Shown here piece after piece: positions 7,680-16,517 of a DNA stretch of 32,000 nucleotides. The stretch's first letter is position 1. Every line of letters begins with the position of its first letter. This DNA comes from Pyrobaculum calidifontis JCM 11548 (GTDB taxonomy: Archaea; Thermoproteota; Thermoprotei; Thermoproteales; Thermoproteaceae): assembly GCF_000015805.1 (NCBI RefSeq), contig NC_009073.1, positions 1,770,001 through 1,802,000 on the forward strand, written 5' to 3'. The notes beneath the pieces are model-generated. The model worked only from the letters and a program-made list of their open reading frames with translations, had not been told where the DNA came from and did not search any database. Both the position numbers and the translations under genes were made by a program.

Positions 7680-9851
7680 TTAACCCCTAAGCGCCTTGGG
7701 CAACCCCTTCACTATGTAGATTAGGAAGACGGCTATGCCCGCGGCGGCCACTATGTCGCCAATCATCCTCAGCCACACAAATGTTTGCACGTCTGGGCGC
7801 ATCCAGAAGGCGGGGGTCCCGTCTGGGGCAAAAATGGCCTTAGAGGCCCAGTAGCCCCACTGCGTCGTCGTTGTAAACTGGGCCGTTGCGAGCAACATGA
7901 GCGACAAGAGCACCTGTATGTAGAAGCCGACTGCCATGACCACCACAGCCACCCTAAGCCTCTTCAACTGTGCCGCGGAGAAGGCACCGGCGAGGGTAAA
8001 GGCCACTACCCACATAAGCATGGACGGAACGCCGTAGGCCAGCGGCATGGCCAAGTGGGCGTGGACCATGGTGGCCTGGCTGCCGTGGAGGTAGTAGTTT
8101 ATTACCGGCATATTTATGAGGCCTGCTCCAAACGCCACAACGCCGACGGCTCCGCCAAACGCCGCGACTAAGACAAAGGTCAGCAGAGTCTTCTGCAACT
8201 CTGTCTTGTACTCGCCCCTCCTCCACAGCACCAGGGCATAGGCAATGAGGAAGCCTATGGGCAAGACCTCTAAAGTGGACATGACGGCGCCTACGTACAT
8301 CCAGAGAGTGGGCTGGCCGCCCCAGTAGTAGTGGTGCGCCGTGCCTATCATGCCCGTGGCTATTTCAAGCGTCGCATCTAGCCCAGCCGCCGCCACGGCC
8401 ATCTTTGGTGGAACCATGCCCGCTATCACTAAGAGGATGAGGAGTATGGGTATCACTATGGCGGGCCAGAAGCCCTCCACGAAGGAGTGTATCAAGATCC
8501 AGCGGAAGTACTCGTCGATTGTGAAGTGAGGCCACGGCGCCACCACCGGCAGCGCCCCCACAACGGCGCCGAACGCGGTGCCGCCGAGCGCAATCGCCAG
8601 TATCTTCACCAGCGGCTGTATGGGCTCCGGCGAAGTCTTCGAAGCCCTCCACACAGCGGCCGATAGGTAGAAGAGGAGGGCCGCAATTAGGAGGAGCCAG
8701 AAGGTGCCTTGGTTAACCACGGGCCGCCCCTGTGAGCCAAAGATAAACCACCACGGGTCCGGGATTAGCTGGAGGTAAGACGCCCAGACCCCGAGCAGCA
8801 CGCCCAGAGCCGCGAAGGCCCCGGCGCCCAATATGGCCAAGGCCCTGGCCTTGGACAATTGCACGCCGAGGTAGGGCAAGACAAACAGCGCGAAGGACAC
8901 CCAAGTCACCACGATCCAGAGAATGGCCAAGTTGTAGTGCAGAGCCCTAGCCACGTTGAACGGCAACACGGAGTTAATTCCAGCAATCCCGTAGAGAGAG
9001 GTGGGCTCTGTGTACTTGTGCATTAGGTAGCCGCCCAGTAGTCCCTGTATTGAGAGCCCCAACACGGCGAGTGCCATGCCGAGGAGGGCCACCCTCTGCG
9101 CGGGGCCCGGAGGCGGGAGGTCGAGGGCGATGCGCGGCTCTCTCCAGTAGTCCAAGAACTTTATAATTATGTAACCCGCCAGCGGCATTATGGCCAGCAA
9201 CAACACGAAGAAAGTGACCCAGGTGGAGGTCGTCACGTGGATATTCGGCGACAAGATGCCAGGCATGTAGGGGAACCCATTGGTGTAGTTAGCCATGGCC
9301 ACCAACACGCCCCAGGTAAAGAAAGCAGCAATCTTCCTGACCTCATCTCTGTTGGTTATGAGGTTGGGCCTCAGCCCCACCTCCTCCGCCCTTGGCCCAA
9401 AGTACTGGGCGTAGAACTCTACCACGTCGTTGAAGGCCTTGCCGAACTCGTCGCTTACCACAAAGGTCCCAGAGGGCGACGAGGCGAAGGCGTACGGCGG
9501 CGCCTCCACCCTAGGCGTCATGAGGCGCCTCACGTCCTCGAAGGCGGCCCCCCTCAAGTTGGCAATCTTGTCCGCATATATCTTCATGGTGTAGGCCACA
9601 TAGTCAATGCCGAAGTAGCCCCCGAAGCCCAAGAAAGAGCCGTAGTCCAGTAGGCCGTACTTCTGAGCCAGCCTCTTGCCCTCAATCACGTCGTTGCCCG
9701 TGAAAAGCACAGCCCCGCTCTTAGTCACCACCTTGTCCGGGATTGGAGGCATGTTGTAGAAAGTCCACACGGCCATGGCCAAATACACCACGTACACCAG
9801 CACCGTCACTCCCAACACCAGGAGAGACCACCCGTTTCTCATGGCCCACAC
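7680..9851 (-). CDS. norB: quinol-dependent nitric oxide reductase (single-subunit qNOR, heme-copper oxidase superfamily)
   Basis: 723 aa and very hydrophobic. Heme-copper/NorB-type motif GTAHHYYWGG. The N-terminal TM plus extracytoplasmic extension is typical of qNOR. The track start at 9851 is GTG; the ATG at 9842 (MRNGWSLL...) fits the promoter spacing better. Confidence 0.9.
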   Translation of the reverse strand: MWAMRNGWSLLVLGVTVLVYVVYLAMAVWTFYNMPPIPDKVVTKSGAVLFTGNDVIEGKRLAQKYGLLDYGSFLGFGGYFGIDYVAYTMKIYADKIANLRGAAFEDVRRLMTPRVEAPPYAFASSPSGTFVVSDEFGKAFNDVVEFYAQYFGPRAEEVGLRPNLITNRDEVRKIAAFFTWGVLVAMANYTNGFPYMPGILSPNIHVTTSTWVTFFVLLLAIMPLAGYIIIKFLDYWREPRIALDLPPPGPAQRVALLGMALAVLGLSIQGLLGGYLMHKYTEPTSLYGIAGINSVLPFNVARALHYNLAILWIVVTWVSFALFVLPYLGVQLSKARALAILGAGAFAALGVLLGVWASYLQLIPDPWWFIFGSQGRPVVNQGTFWLLLIAALLFYLSAAVWRASKTSPEPIQPLVKILAIALGGTAFGAVVGALPVVAPWPHFTIDEYFRWILIHSFVEGFWPAIVIPILLILLVIAGMVPPKMAVAAAGLDATLEIATGMIGTAHHYYWGGQPTLWMYVGAVMSTLEVLPIGFLIAYALVLWRRGEYKTELQKTLLTFVLVAAFGGAVGVVAFGAGLINMPVINYYLHGSQATMVHAHLAMPLAYGVPSMLMWVVAFTLAGAFSAAQLKRLRVAVVVMAVGFYIQVLLSLMLLATAQFTTTTQWGYWASKAIFAPDGTPAFWMRPDVQTFVWLRMIGDIVAAAGIAVFLIYIVKGLPKALRG

Positions 9852-9876
9852 CTACCTTGGAAGAGAAAAGCGCAGT

Positions 9877-9893
9877 GGTTACACCCCTTAACC
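9877..9893. promoter_or_regulatory. candidate operator GGTTAC-ACCCC-TTAACC between divergent nor and narJ
   Basis: 11 of 12 match to GGTTAA-N5-TTAACC. The dyad centre at 9885 is 43 nt from the nor ATG (9842) and 39 nt from the narJ GTG (9924). It is flanked by T-rich CGCTTTTCTC (9863-9872, minus strand) and TATTTAAAAA (9899-9908, plus strand) TATA-like elements. Confidence 0.65.
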
Positions 9894-9923
9894 CCACTAT
9901 TTAAAAACTGTCCAAATAGGGCC

Positions 9924-10463
9924 GTGGACCCCGTACAAGCAATCTACATCACAATAGCGAGGGCCCTGGACCAGCCCGAGAAGGCGCTTGAGGCAAGGCG
10001 CGACGTGGAGGAACTGGCCCACGCCCTGGGGCTGGAGGAGGTGGCCCAGTTCTTCAAAGAGGCTGAGGGCATAGATGTGGAAGACCACCGCATATCTCTC
10101 TTCGAACTTGCGCCCAAGTGCCCCCCATACGCCGGGTATTACGCGCTTGGGGAAGACAGTAGGGAGAGGGGGTGGTACATGCACCAAATCCTGACCTATT
10201 ACAGAGCCTTTGGCTTCGACATGGACGTGAGGCGGGAGCTCCCGGACTACCTCCCCGCCATGTTAGAATTCCTCGCCGTGTCAAGGAACGTGGACGACCT
10301 AGGCAGAAAGCTGATGAGGAAGGACTTCTACAGGAGGTTTATAAAGCCCTGGCTAGACAAGTTTGTCCAATGTCTAGAAAAACAAAAGAGCCCCTACAGA
10401 CACCTGGCCCACGCCCTTGTAAAACTGTTAAAAGAAGATTTTGAGACTACTGAGACTACTTGA
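9924..10463 (+). CDS. narJ: nitrate reductase assembly chaperone (NarJ/TorD family)
   Basis: 179 aa. The central region ELAPKCPPYAGYYALGE...YYRAFGF...LPDYLPAMLEFLA resembles NarJ/TorD-family redox enzyme maturation proteins. GTG start with TATTTAAAAA 16-25 nt upstream. Confidence 0.8.
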   Translation: MDPVQAIYITIARALDQPEKALEARRDVEELAHALGLEEVAQFFKEAEGIDVEDHRISLFELAPKCPPYAGYYALGEDSRERGWYMHQILTYYRAFGFDMDVRRELPDYLPAMLEFLAVSRNVDDLGRKLMRKDFYRRFIKPWLDKFVQCLEKQKSPYRHLAHALVKLLKEDFETTETT

Positions 10464-10713
10464 ACTCTTCCCTCGCCAGGTAGTACAAGTACGCCATCAC
10501 TGCCACTATAGACAAGGCGAATACGCCGGTCCAAACGGCGCTCTGCAACATCCACGTCCTTTCCACTGGGTCCTCTCTTAGTGCCGTTAAATCCCTTGGG
10601 CTATTGGCAAATGTATTGTACACACCGTTAATGTATGTCAAGCCGTAGTTTAACAAGACCATTCCAATGGCCACAATAAGCGCCAATATGAGTAACGCAG
10701 TGGCCCTATTCAT
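10456..10713 (-). CDS. small membrane protein, last gene of the bc1-like operon
   Basis: ORF 10456..10764. The ATG at 10713 (MNRATALLILALIVAIG...) overlaps the upstream stop (10706-10708) in a coupled arrangement. Two hydrophobic helices. Confidence 0.5.
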   Translation of the reverse strand: MNRATALLILALIVAIGMVLLNYGLTYINGVYNTFANSPRDLTALREDPVERTWMLQSAVWTGVFALSIVAVMAYLYYLAREEFK

Positions 10714-11041
10714 GGCCCTCCCTCTTAGAAATCTCCATGTAATACTGCACGGCCATAATCCCAATTATAAACGACGCCGCGGCTAACTGGCCAGCGGCCA
10801 CACGCTGGTAGAGGACTCCCTTCTCCACCCAGGCGGGGTCGGGCGGGAAAGAGGCCGCGGAGTAGTAGGCCATAATTATGTTGGCGGTATAGGCAAAGAG
10901 TGCAAGCAGAGCAAGCACAGATATTAGCCCCACTGCGGTAGACGCGGCCCTGCTAACGTAGCCTAGCGCGAACACCAACACGGCCGCCGGCACGGCGATG
11001 CCAGCCGTCAGCCAGGCAAGGACTGTGGGCTCCATACTCAC
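10706..11041 (-). CDS. small membrane protein (3 TM), bc1-like operon
   Basis: 111 aa with three hydrophobic segments. 4-nt overlap with the cytochrome b stop. Confidence 0.55.
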   Translation of the reverse strand: MSMEPTVLAWLTAGIAVPAAVLVFALGYVSRAASTAVGLISVLALLALFAYTANIIMAYYSAASFPPDPAWVEKGVLYQRVAAGQLAAASFIIGIMAVQYYMEISKREGHE

Positions 11042-12270
11042 CCAACGGGGGTAGGAGTGCCTACGTATGGCACAGCGCTGTCAGGGGGCACCACAATCCT
11101 TGTAAACGGCGTAATCTGCTTAGGTATGTCGACTATGAAGCCCAGCACTGTGCCATAGCCAATCACGGCCATGTACAATATGGCGATCAATATCCAAACC
11201 CACCGCTCAGACACCGACACGCCGCCCCTTCTGTCGAGCAGAGGCACAACTAGCGCAAAGAGCACCAATAGGAATGGGAGACCCACAGATATGAAGGGAT
11301 CAATCATTTTCACATAGGTGTAGTACCACATGACAGGCCAAGGCGGCCGCACACCCGTCGGCACTCCTTGGCCAGGCGCCCAGGGCTCCAGCAGCGGCTG
11401 GGGGAAGAAGGCCACCAGCAACAATAGGAATGATATCTGTAGAAACACTTGGCCAACCATAAGCGCAAATCTGTGGGGGTAGAAGGGCTCTTTGTCCTCC
11501 ACCATCTTCTGCCTAAGCGCCTCGTTTTTCACTGGGGGAGGCGACACGCCGCCGTATAAAATGCCCTGGATCTTCAAGCCCAAGAGGATCAAGATCACCG
11601 CTGGCACTATGAGGATGTGTAAGACGTATACCATCTTGACCACCTCGTTTGTGGGATAGTTAGAGCCCAGTAGGGCAATTATGGTACCCCCCACGGGGAT
11701 GCCCAAGTAGTCGAAGTAGCGGAAGAGGTTAAGCCCAATCATGAGCGCCAAAATGCCGTCGAGGTGGAGCGGGAGTATATAGCCCAGCACCGCCTGGTTT
11801 ATGGTGAGGACACCCAACAAGACGCCGAGGAACCACAAGGCGCCCCCTCCCCTCCTCTTATACGCGCCTAGGACAAACTTTGCGAAGAAGTGCACAAGCG
11901 CCGCCATTATCATGAGGTAAGCCGCCCAGAGGTGGAACTGCCGCAGGATAAAGCCGAACGGGGTGAGATACACAATCTTGTACACGCTTAGATATGACCC
12001 TGTGGCGCTCACTTCGCCGCCTTCTACGCCGTAGAGCTGATCCCACTTCATTATGGCAGAGGCAGGTATCTGCCGCACATCGAGCGAGGGGGTGTACAAG
12101 AGGGCTAGGAAGAAGCCGGTGAGGGCCAGGAGGAAGAAGCTCACAGCGGCTACGTCGCCGAACCAGTAGAGCGGGTTTATGTTGGAGTAGCGGGGCACCG
12201 GGTGTTCTAAGAACTCCTTTAAGTGGAAGCGCTCCAGGATCAACTCCCAGAGCTTAACCAGCGCCCTCAT
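11038..12270 (-). CDS. cytochrome b (bc1/b6f-type quinol oxidising subunit)
   Basis: 410 aa, polytopic. Helix with His-x13-His spacing (FHLWAAYLMIMAALVHFF), typical of the bis-heme cytochrome b helix B. Immediately downstream of, and overlapping, the Rieske gene. Confidence 0.8.
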   Translation of the reverse strand: MRALVKLWELILERFHLKEFLEHPVPRYSNINPLYWFGDVAAVSFFLLALTGFFLALLYTPSLDVRQIPASAIMKWDQLYGVEGGEVSATGSYLSVYKIVYLTPFGFILRQFHLWAAYLMIMAALVHFFAKFVLGAYKRRGGGALWFLGVLLGVLTINQAVLGYILPLHLDGILALMIGLNLFRYFDYLGIPVGGTIIALLGSNYPTNEVVKMVYVLHILIVPAVILILLGLKIQGILYGGVSPPPVKNEALRQKMVEDKEPFYPHRFALMVGQVFLQISFLLLLVAFFPQPLLEPWAPGQGVPTGVRPPWPVMWYYTYVKMIDPFISVGLPFLLVLFALVVPLLDRRGGVSVSERWVWILIAILYMAVIGYGTVLGFIVDIPKQITPFTRIVVPPDSAVPYVGTPTPVG

Positions 12271-12821
12271 ATGTGCGCCACGAGGGGATACACTACTCCA
12301 TCTTTCACCGCCACCACGATAGACCTAAGCGATCTAACAGCTGGGCCGCCAGATACGTACATTTCGAGAAATCTGGCGTTGCCGCACCCCTCCGGCTTGT
12401 TGCACACGGTGAACACGCTTCCGTGACATGGACAATTAAAGCCTGTGAGATACTTACCCCCCATGACGTTGAGAGGACAGCCGAAGTGTGTACAAATTGC
12501 CACGTAGGCCGCTGGGTACTCTTTTCCGTCTGTTGCTCTGATTAATCCGAAGACGGCTGGGATAGCCATGCTGTTTACGCGTATCAGCTTAAACACGGGG
12601 CCGTTGCGCAACTCGTCCAAGGGGACGCCGAGCTCCTTCGGGCAAGAATTCACATCTTTGCATATCTCCACTTTTACGGCGCCGGTGGTCTCCGGCTTTA
12701 CGTATCCAGCCCTTCCATCAATAATTGACGCGACTAGGGGAGTCGCCAACATGCCCGCGCCCACTGCTGCCGTGGTGCCAATGAGGATCTTTATAGTGTT
12801 CCGTCTATTCTCGTCGACCAT
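12267..12821 (-). CDS. Rieske [2Fe-2S] protein with Tat signal
   Basis: 184 aa. Twin-arginine N-terminus (ENRRNTIKILIGTTAAVGAG). Rieske boxes CTHFGC and CPCHGS. Confidence 0.9.
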   Translation of the reverse strand: MVDENRRNTIKILIGTTAAVGAGMLATPLVASIIDGRAGYVKPETTGAVKVEICKDVNSCPKELGVPLDELRNGPVFKLIRVNSMAIPAVFGLIRATDGKEYPAAYVAICTHFGCPLNVMGGKYLTGFNCPCHGSVFTVCNKPEGCGNARFLEMYVSGGPAVRSLRSIVVAVKDGVVYPLVAHI

Positions 12822-12822
12822 A

Positions 12823-13401
12823 TTACTTCGAGGCGGCCATTTTCAGCATTTCTACTAGGGCTGGGACGTATTCCTTGTCCCATTGGTCGCCGTAGAGGGA
12901 CTTGTAGGCGGCTATCTGCGCAGTCATTGTTGTTGCGTCTCGTGGGGGCTGGGTGAGGAATTTGGCCAACAGCTCCGCAGCCTTGGCAGGGTCTGAGGCG
13001 GGGTTTTGAAGGCCGTTGTCCCGGTAGAATTTCCCAAGCCACTGTGTGTCAGAGAAGAGGGCCTTACTCAAGTCCGGCCCCACATTCCCCCCAGACACGC
13101 CAAGAGACTTAATCGAGTGACAAGCCACACACCCCACATCCTTGAAATAGGAAAGGCCCTTGTTGGCCAACTCGGCGTTGTAAGAAACAGACGGCCCACC
13201 CGCAGGCGGGCCCGATGTCTGAGTCTGCTGAGTCTGAGTAGCAGTCTGCGGGGGCTGTGCGGTAGCGGCTGGTGGAGGTGCTCCAAGGCCTAGTAGTGAG
13301 AATGCGGTGGCAACGGCTATTATCACCGCGCTTAGTACTATTAACAGAGAGATCCAAGGTAACCCCTTGGACGGAGGAGTTGCCAGCCGAGTTGTTAGCA
13401 T
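12823..13401 (-). CDS. membrane-anchored mono-heme cytochrome c (paralog 1)
   Basis: Single CVACH heme-binding motif. N-terminal TM anchor followed by a Pro/Thr/Gln-rich linker. The C-terminus (EYVPALVEMLKMAASK) is nearly identical to that of ORF 17741..18388. The track start 13431 lies inside a repeat arm. ATG 13401 sits 20-27 nt downstream of TTTAAAAA (13421-13428, minus strand), so I prefer 13401. Confidence 0.8.
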   Translation of the reverse strand: MLTTRLATPPSKGLPWISLLIVLSAVIIAVATAFSLLGLGAPPPAATAQPPQTATQTQQTQTSGPPAGGPSVSYNAELANKGLSYFKDVGCVACHSIKSLGVSGGNVGPDLSKALFSDTQWLGKFYRDNGLQNPASDPAKAAELLAKFLTQPPRDATTMTAQIAAYKSLYGDQWDKEYVPALVEMLKMAASK

Positions 13402-13410
13402 AAAGCACCG

Positions 13411-13493
13411 AATTGAACCGTTTTTAAACATTGTAACCGAAAAAGTTTTTGACTATTACATTTTCGCCTTTAACGTTTAAAAACGGTTCAATT
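13411..13493. repeat. perfect 19-bp inverted repeat (AATTGAACCGTTTTTAAAC / GTTTAAAAACGGTTCAATT) with 45-nt A/T-rich spacer
   Basis: Arms at 13411-13429 and 13475-13493, read directly. The right arm abuts the ccmF stop codon. The left arm contains the TATA-like box of the cytochrome c/Rieske/cytochrome b operon. Confidence 0.9.
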
Positions 13494-15649
13494 TACGCCC
13501 TATTCTGTCTCTGGTCTTTGGCCAGTAGGTAGGCTGAGAGAGCTATGACGGCGGCTGAGAGGGCGTAGAGCTCGGAGATGAGGGGGACTGGCTTCACGGC
13601 GGCTACCCAAGCCCCGTGGGCCTTGGCCAAGTAAAGCGCCACTTGAGTGAGGTTTCTAGCGCCCACAGACGCCAAAACTGCATACGCGGCGCCTGCGTTG
13701 CATTGGCTCAGCAGCTCTCTGACGTAGGCGGCCGTGGCGGCGTCCCACATGGCCCCTCCCACGGTCTCCATGGCGGGCGCGAGGACTACGTTGTAGCCGA
13801 CGAGGGGCTTGTACACATCGGCCACCCCCACCACCAGCCCGCCCACGCCCTTGAGCCAGCCCGACGCGTCGTAGCGCGCCGTAAACACGGCGTCGGCCCC
13901 GTCCACGTAGACGCGGCCGCGGAAGTCCACGCCCCTCGGTAACACGTTGTCGCCGCCACCGCACTCCAAAAATCTGCGGACGGCGCCTGGGTTGACCGAC
14001 AGCGCCTCGACGAGGTCTAGGGGGGCGGGGAAGACTACGGCGGTGCCGTTCCTCTCCACTTCCACCACGGGGACGGCGCCGACCCGGCCCAGCTCCCTCC
14101 CGCCGCTCCACACTACCACATACTTTACCCCGGCCAAGTCCACTACCGTGTAGTTCAGCCCGCTCAAGGAGAAGACGCCACCGACGGCCTTGACATAGGC
14201 CGTGTAGTTGGGCAGAGCTGGCAACGCGGCCGTGGGAGGCACCTCCACCGCGACGGAGTCGACGGCGGCCGTTACCTCCAGAGCCAGCTCGGCGGGGTAC
14301 GGCCAGCTCCACAGAGTGACGTAGCGCCCGCCTGGCTCCACCGGCGTGAGTTTGTAGTAGGCCTGGCTGTAGGAGAAGGGCCCGCTCACGGCTATAGCCG
14401 CCACCAGCGCGAAGACCACGGCGTGTAAGGCCCTGTGCGCCGCCGAGTGCTGGCTTCTGGCAGCGAAGTACACTGACGCCGCCGCGCCGCCAACCAGGAG
14501 GAAGAGGAGGAAGTTTGTGGACCACGGGCTCTCAAAGGCTGGCCTATACCACGCCGCCAGCGCGGCGGCGGCCGCTGGCCAGAGGGCGTAGATGAGGAGC
14601 GCGGAGCGTTGCCTGGAGTAGTAGAGGGAGGAGAGGGCGAGTCCGCCGTAGACGGCCAGGGCGAGCGGCGCCACAAAGAGCGACACGAAGGCGTCGCCGG
14701 AGGGTGGCTGGATGGAGGCGCCGAGCAGGGCCGAGTAGAGGGCTGGGAAGGCCACCGTTGCGTATATAAAAACGCCGGCCCCGGCCATGCCCAAGGCGGT
14801 TGCCGCCAGCGCCGGGTCCCTGGGGATGCCTTTGGAGATCTTGGCCAGTCCCCACAGCGTGAGGGCCAGCGAGGCGGCTAGGAGCACCTGGGGCGTGGGG
14901 GTGGAGCCCACGAAGCTGTGCAACGCGGAGAAGCCCCCCTGGTTTACCGCCACGGCGCCCAGGAGGACGCCCGCCGTAGCGATGCGCCCCCCGTCGTTTT
15001 TTAAGTGTAGCGCCGCCGTGGCCGTGAGCCAGACGGCCAGTAGAGCGTTTTCCACGGGGTCCCACGCCCAGTAGCCGCTCCAGCCGAAGGTCTGGTAGCT
15101 CCATACGGCCCCCAAGAAGAGCCCTAGGGATAGCGACAGCCACCCCCACTTAAAAGCCCCGTGGGACCTCGCGGCGGCCCCCGCGAGGAGGAGGCCGTAG
15201 CCCACCAGCACGGCCACGGGGTGGGGCACTGCCCACACGCTCCTCAGCAGGGGGTTTAACCCCATGCCGGAGTGGGGGTAGTAGCCGGGGATTAGCTGGG
15301 GCACTGTCTCAAAGGGCCTTTCAGCGGCGGCATATGCCAACAAGAGGGCCGCCGCGGCGTGGGCGGCCCTGCTCCGCAGACCTCCCCACACAAGCGCCGT
15401 GGCCATCACGAAGACTGCGCCGGGGATAGAGGCCAAGGCGGCGGCCGCCTTCTCAAGAGGAGGCATGCCCCGCGCCGCGTTTATGTACACGACGACTACG
15501 TCAAACCCATCCGCGAAGAATAGGGCGAAGTGGTAGAGGGCCAGGGCCGTGGTGGCCGCCGCGGCGGGGACCGCCAGCCTCCTTGAAAACGCCGCGGAGA
15601 AGTTCAAGGCGGCGGCCGCCGTGAGTAGGACTAGGTAGAGTATGTCCAT
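13493..15649 (-). CDS. ccmF: cytochrome c maturation heme lyase/handling protein CcmF
   Basis: 718 aa, polytopic. WWD-type heme-handling motif with the following conserved His (GYWAWDPVENALLAVWLTATAALH). A large extracytoplasmic C-terminal region and a final TM helix. Confidence 0.85.
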   Translation of the reverse strand: MDILYLVLLTAAAALNFSAAFSRRLAVPAAAATTALALYHFALFFADGFDVVVVYINAARGMPPLEKAAAALASIPGAVFVMATALVWGGLRSRAAHAAAALLLAYAAAERPFETVPQLIPGYYPHSGMGLNPLLRSVWAVPHPVAVLVGYGLLLAGAAARSHGAFKWGWLSLSLGLFLGAVWSYQTFGWSGYWAWDPVENALLAVWLTATAALHLKNDGGRIATAGVLLGAVAVNQGGFSALHSFVGSTPTPQVLLAASLALTLWGLAKISKGIPRDPALAATALGMAGAGVFIYATVAFPALYSALLGASIQPPSGDAFVSLFVAPLALAVYGGLALSSLYYSRQRSALLIYALWPAAAAALAAWYRPAFESPWSTNFLLFLLVGGAAASVYFAARSQHSAAHRALHAVVFALVAAIAVSGPFSYSQAYYKLTPVEPGGRYVTLWSWPYPAELALEVTAAVDSVAVEVPPTAALPALPNYTAYVKAVGGVFSLSGLNYTVVDLAGVKYVVVWSGGRELGRVGAVPVVEVERNGTAVVFPAPLDLVEALSVNPGAVRRFLECGGGDNVLPRGVDFRGRVYVDGADAVFTARYDASGWLKGVGGLVVGVADVYKPLVGYNVVLAPAMETVGGAMWDAATAAYVRELLSQCNAGAAYAVLASVGARNLTQVALYLAKAHGAWVAAVKPVPLISELYALSAAVIALSAYLLAKDQRQNRA

Positions 15650-15970
15650 TTATACGAGGAAGGCGGCGAGTGCCGCCAGGACTGCCAGCTCGGCGGCTTC
15701 AAAGAGAGAGTAGGCGCGGCCGTATGCCGCGTAGCGGCTGAGCGCGCCTGTGAAGTAGAGGGGGACGCCCGCCAAGTGGATTAACACCATTGTCCACACT
15801 AGGGGGGCCAGGGGGGTGGAGAGGGTCAAGGCCCATAGGTAGAAGGCCGCCTCGTAGAGGGCTATGCCCTTCGCGTAAAGGCCTCCGGGGTACCTGCCCC
15901 GTCTCGCGTTGTAGGCGGTCCAGGCGTGTTTGTAGAACATTGGGAGGAAGAGGGCCAGCCTATAGTCCAT
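15650..15970 (-). CDS. small membrane protein (3 TM), unknown function
   Basis: 106 aa and hydrophobic. Its stop abuts the ccmF start (15649), and its ATG overlaps the hemerythrin gene 3' end by 11 nt. Confidence 0.45.
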   Translation of the reverse strand: MDYRLALFLPMFYKHAWTAYNARRGRYPGGLYAKGIALYEAAFYLWALTLSTPLAPLVWTMVLIHLAGVPLYFTGALSRYAAYGRAYSLFEAAELAVLAALAAFLV

Positions 15971-16499
15971 ACTTTTTGGCCACTCTGTCCAACTCGGCGA
16001 TCCACCTCTCGTGGTCGTTCTCCCGCTCTATCTGTTCCACGGTCTTGGAGGAGGACGCCTCGTGGGCCGTGGACTCTATCATTGGGAAAAGGACGTTGTT
16101 CTCCTTGTCTATGTGTTGGGAGAGGTGGTCTATGTATATGCGCGCGTAGTCGGCCAAGTCCCGTAGGGCCTCCTTGTCGCCGGACTTCCACGCGTGGTAC
16201 AGCTCCTCCATGACTCTAGCCAAGTAGCGCCCCACGCCGTGTTCACACACCATGACCTGTATTGGGCCGCCGGTCAGGGGGAACCCCGCCCGGTTTGCCC
16301 CCTGGAAGAGCACGTACTCCTCCACGCCGTGGTGACACGCGTCAACGAAGCGCTGGGCGAACTGCACCAAGGTGTACACGTCGTCGGGGTCTGGGCTGGG
16401 GGAAGAGAGGGCCTTGTCTAAAACGGCGAGGGCTCTGAGGATGTGGTCGTGGTGTTCCCTGAGGACAGAAGTCACGTACTTCACTCTCACCTTGCCCAT
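15960..16499 (-). CDS. hemerythrin-like (HHE cation-binding) di-iron domain protein, NorA/RIC-like candidate
   Basis: 179 aa. His/Glu-rich helical pattern (REHHDHI..., ACHHGVEE, CEHGVGR, IDHLSQHIDKEN) typical of hemerythrin-like domains. Own TATA-like CTTATATAG (16518-16526, minus strand) 19-27 nt upstream of the ATG. Confidence 0.75.
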   Translation of the reverse strand: MGKVRVKYVTSVLREHHDHILRALAVLDKALSSPSPDPDDVYTLVQFAQRFVDACHHGVEEYVLFQGANRAGFPLTGGPIQVMVCEHGVGRYLARVMEELYHAWKSGDKEALRDLADYARIYIDHLSQHIDKENNVLFPMIESTAHEASSSKTVEQIERENDHERWIAELDRVAKKYGL

Positions 16500-16517
16500 G
16501 GACCCGCCCCGCCTCCT

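Noticed and set aside
8711-8718. GGTTAACC inside the nor coding region, resembling the operator half-sites.
   Set aside because: The half-sites are directly abutted with no 5-nt spacer, the site is deep inside a CDS, and there is no promoter context. It is probably coincidental.
13190-13260. CTGAGT/CTGCTG-like tandem repetition in the DNA.
   Set aside because: It is explained by the Thr/Gln/Pro low-complexity linker of the cytochrome c and is not an independent repeat element.
13364-13380. CCAAGG-TAACC-CCTTGG, a 6-5-6 palindrome with the same geometry as the operator.
   Set aside because: The half-site sequence is different, and it lies within the cytochrome c coding region (codons for KGLPW) downstream of the start. 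It is likely chance or codon-driven.
13422-13438. Degenerate box-like sequence GGTTAC-AATGT-TTAAAA (minus strand) in the bc1-operon promoter.
   Set aside because: Only 9 of 12 positions match. The right half is simply the TATA box, and the centre is 29 nt rather than 42-43 nt from the start codon. I do not count it as a fifth site.
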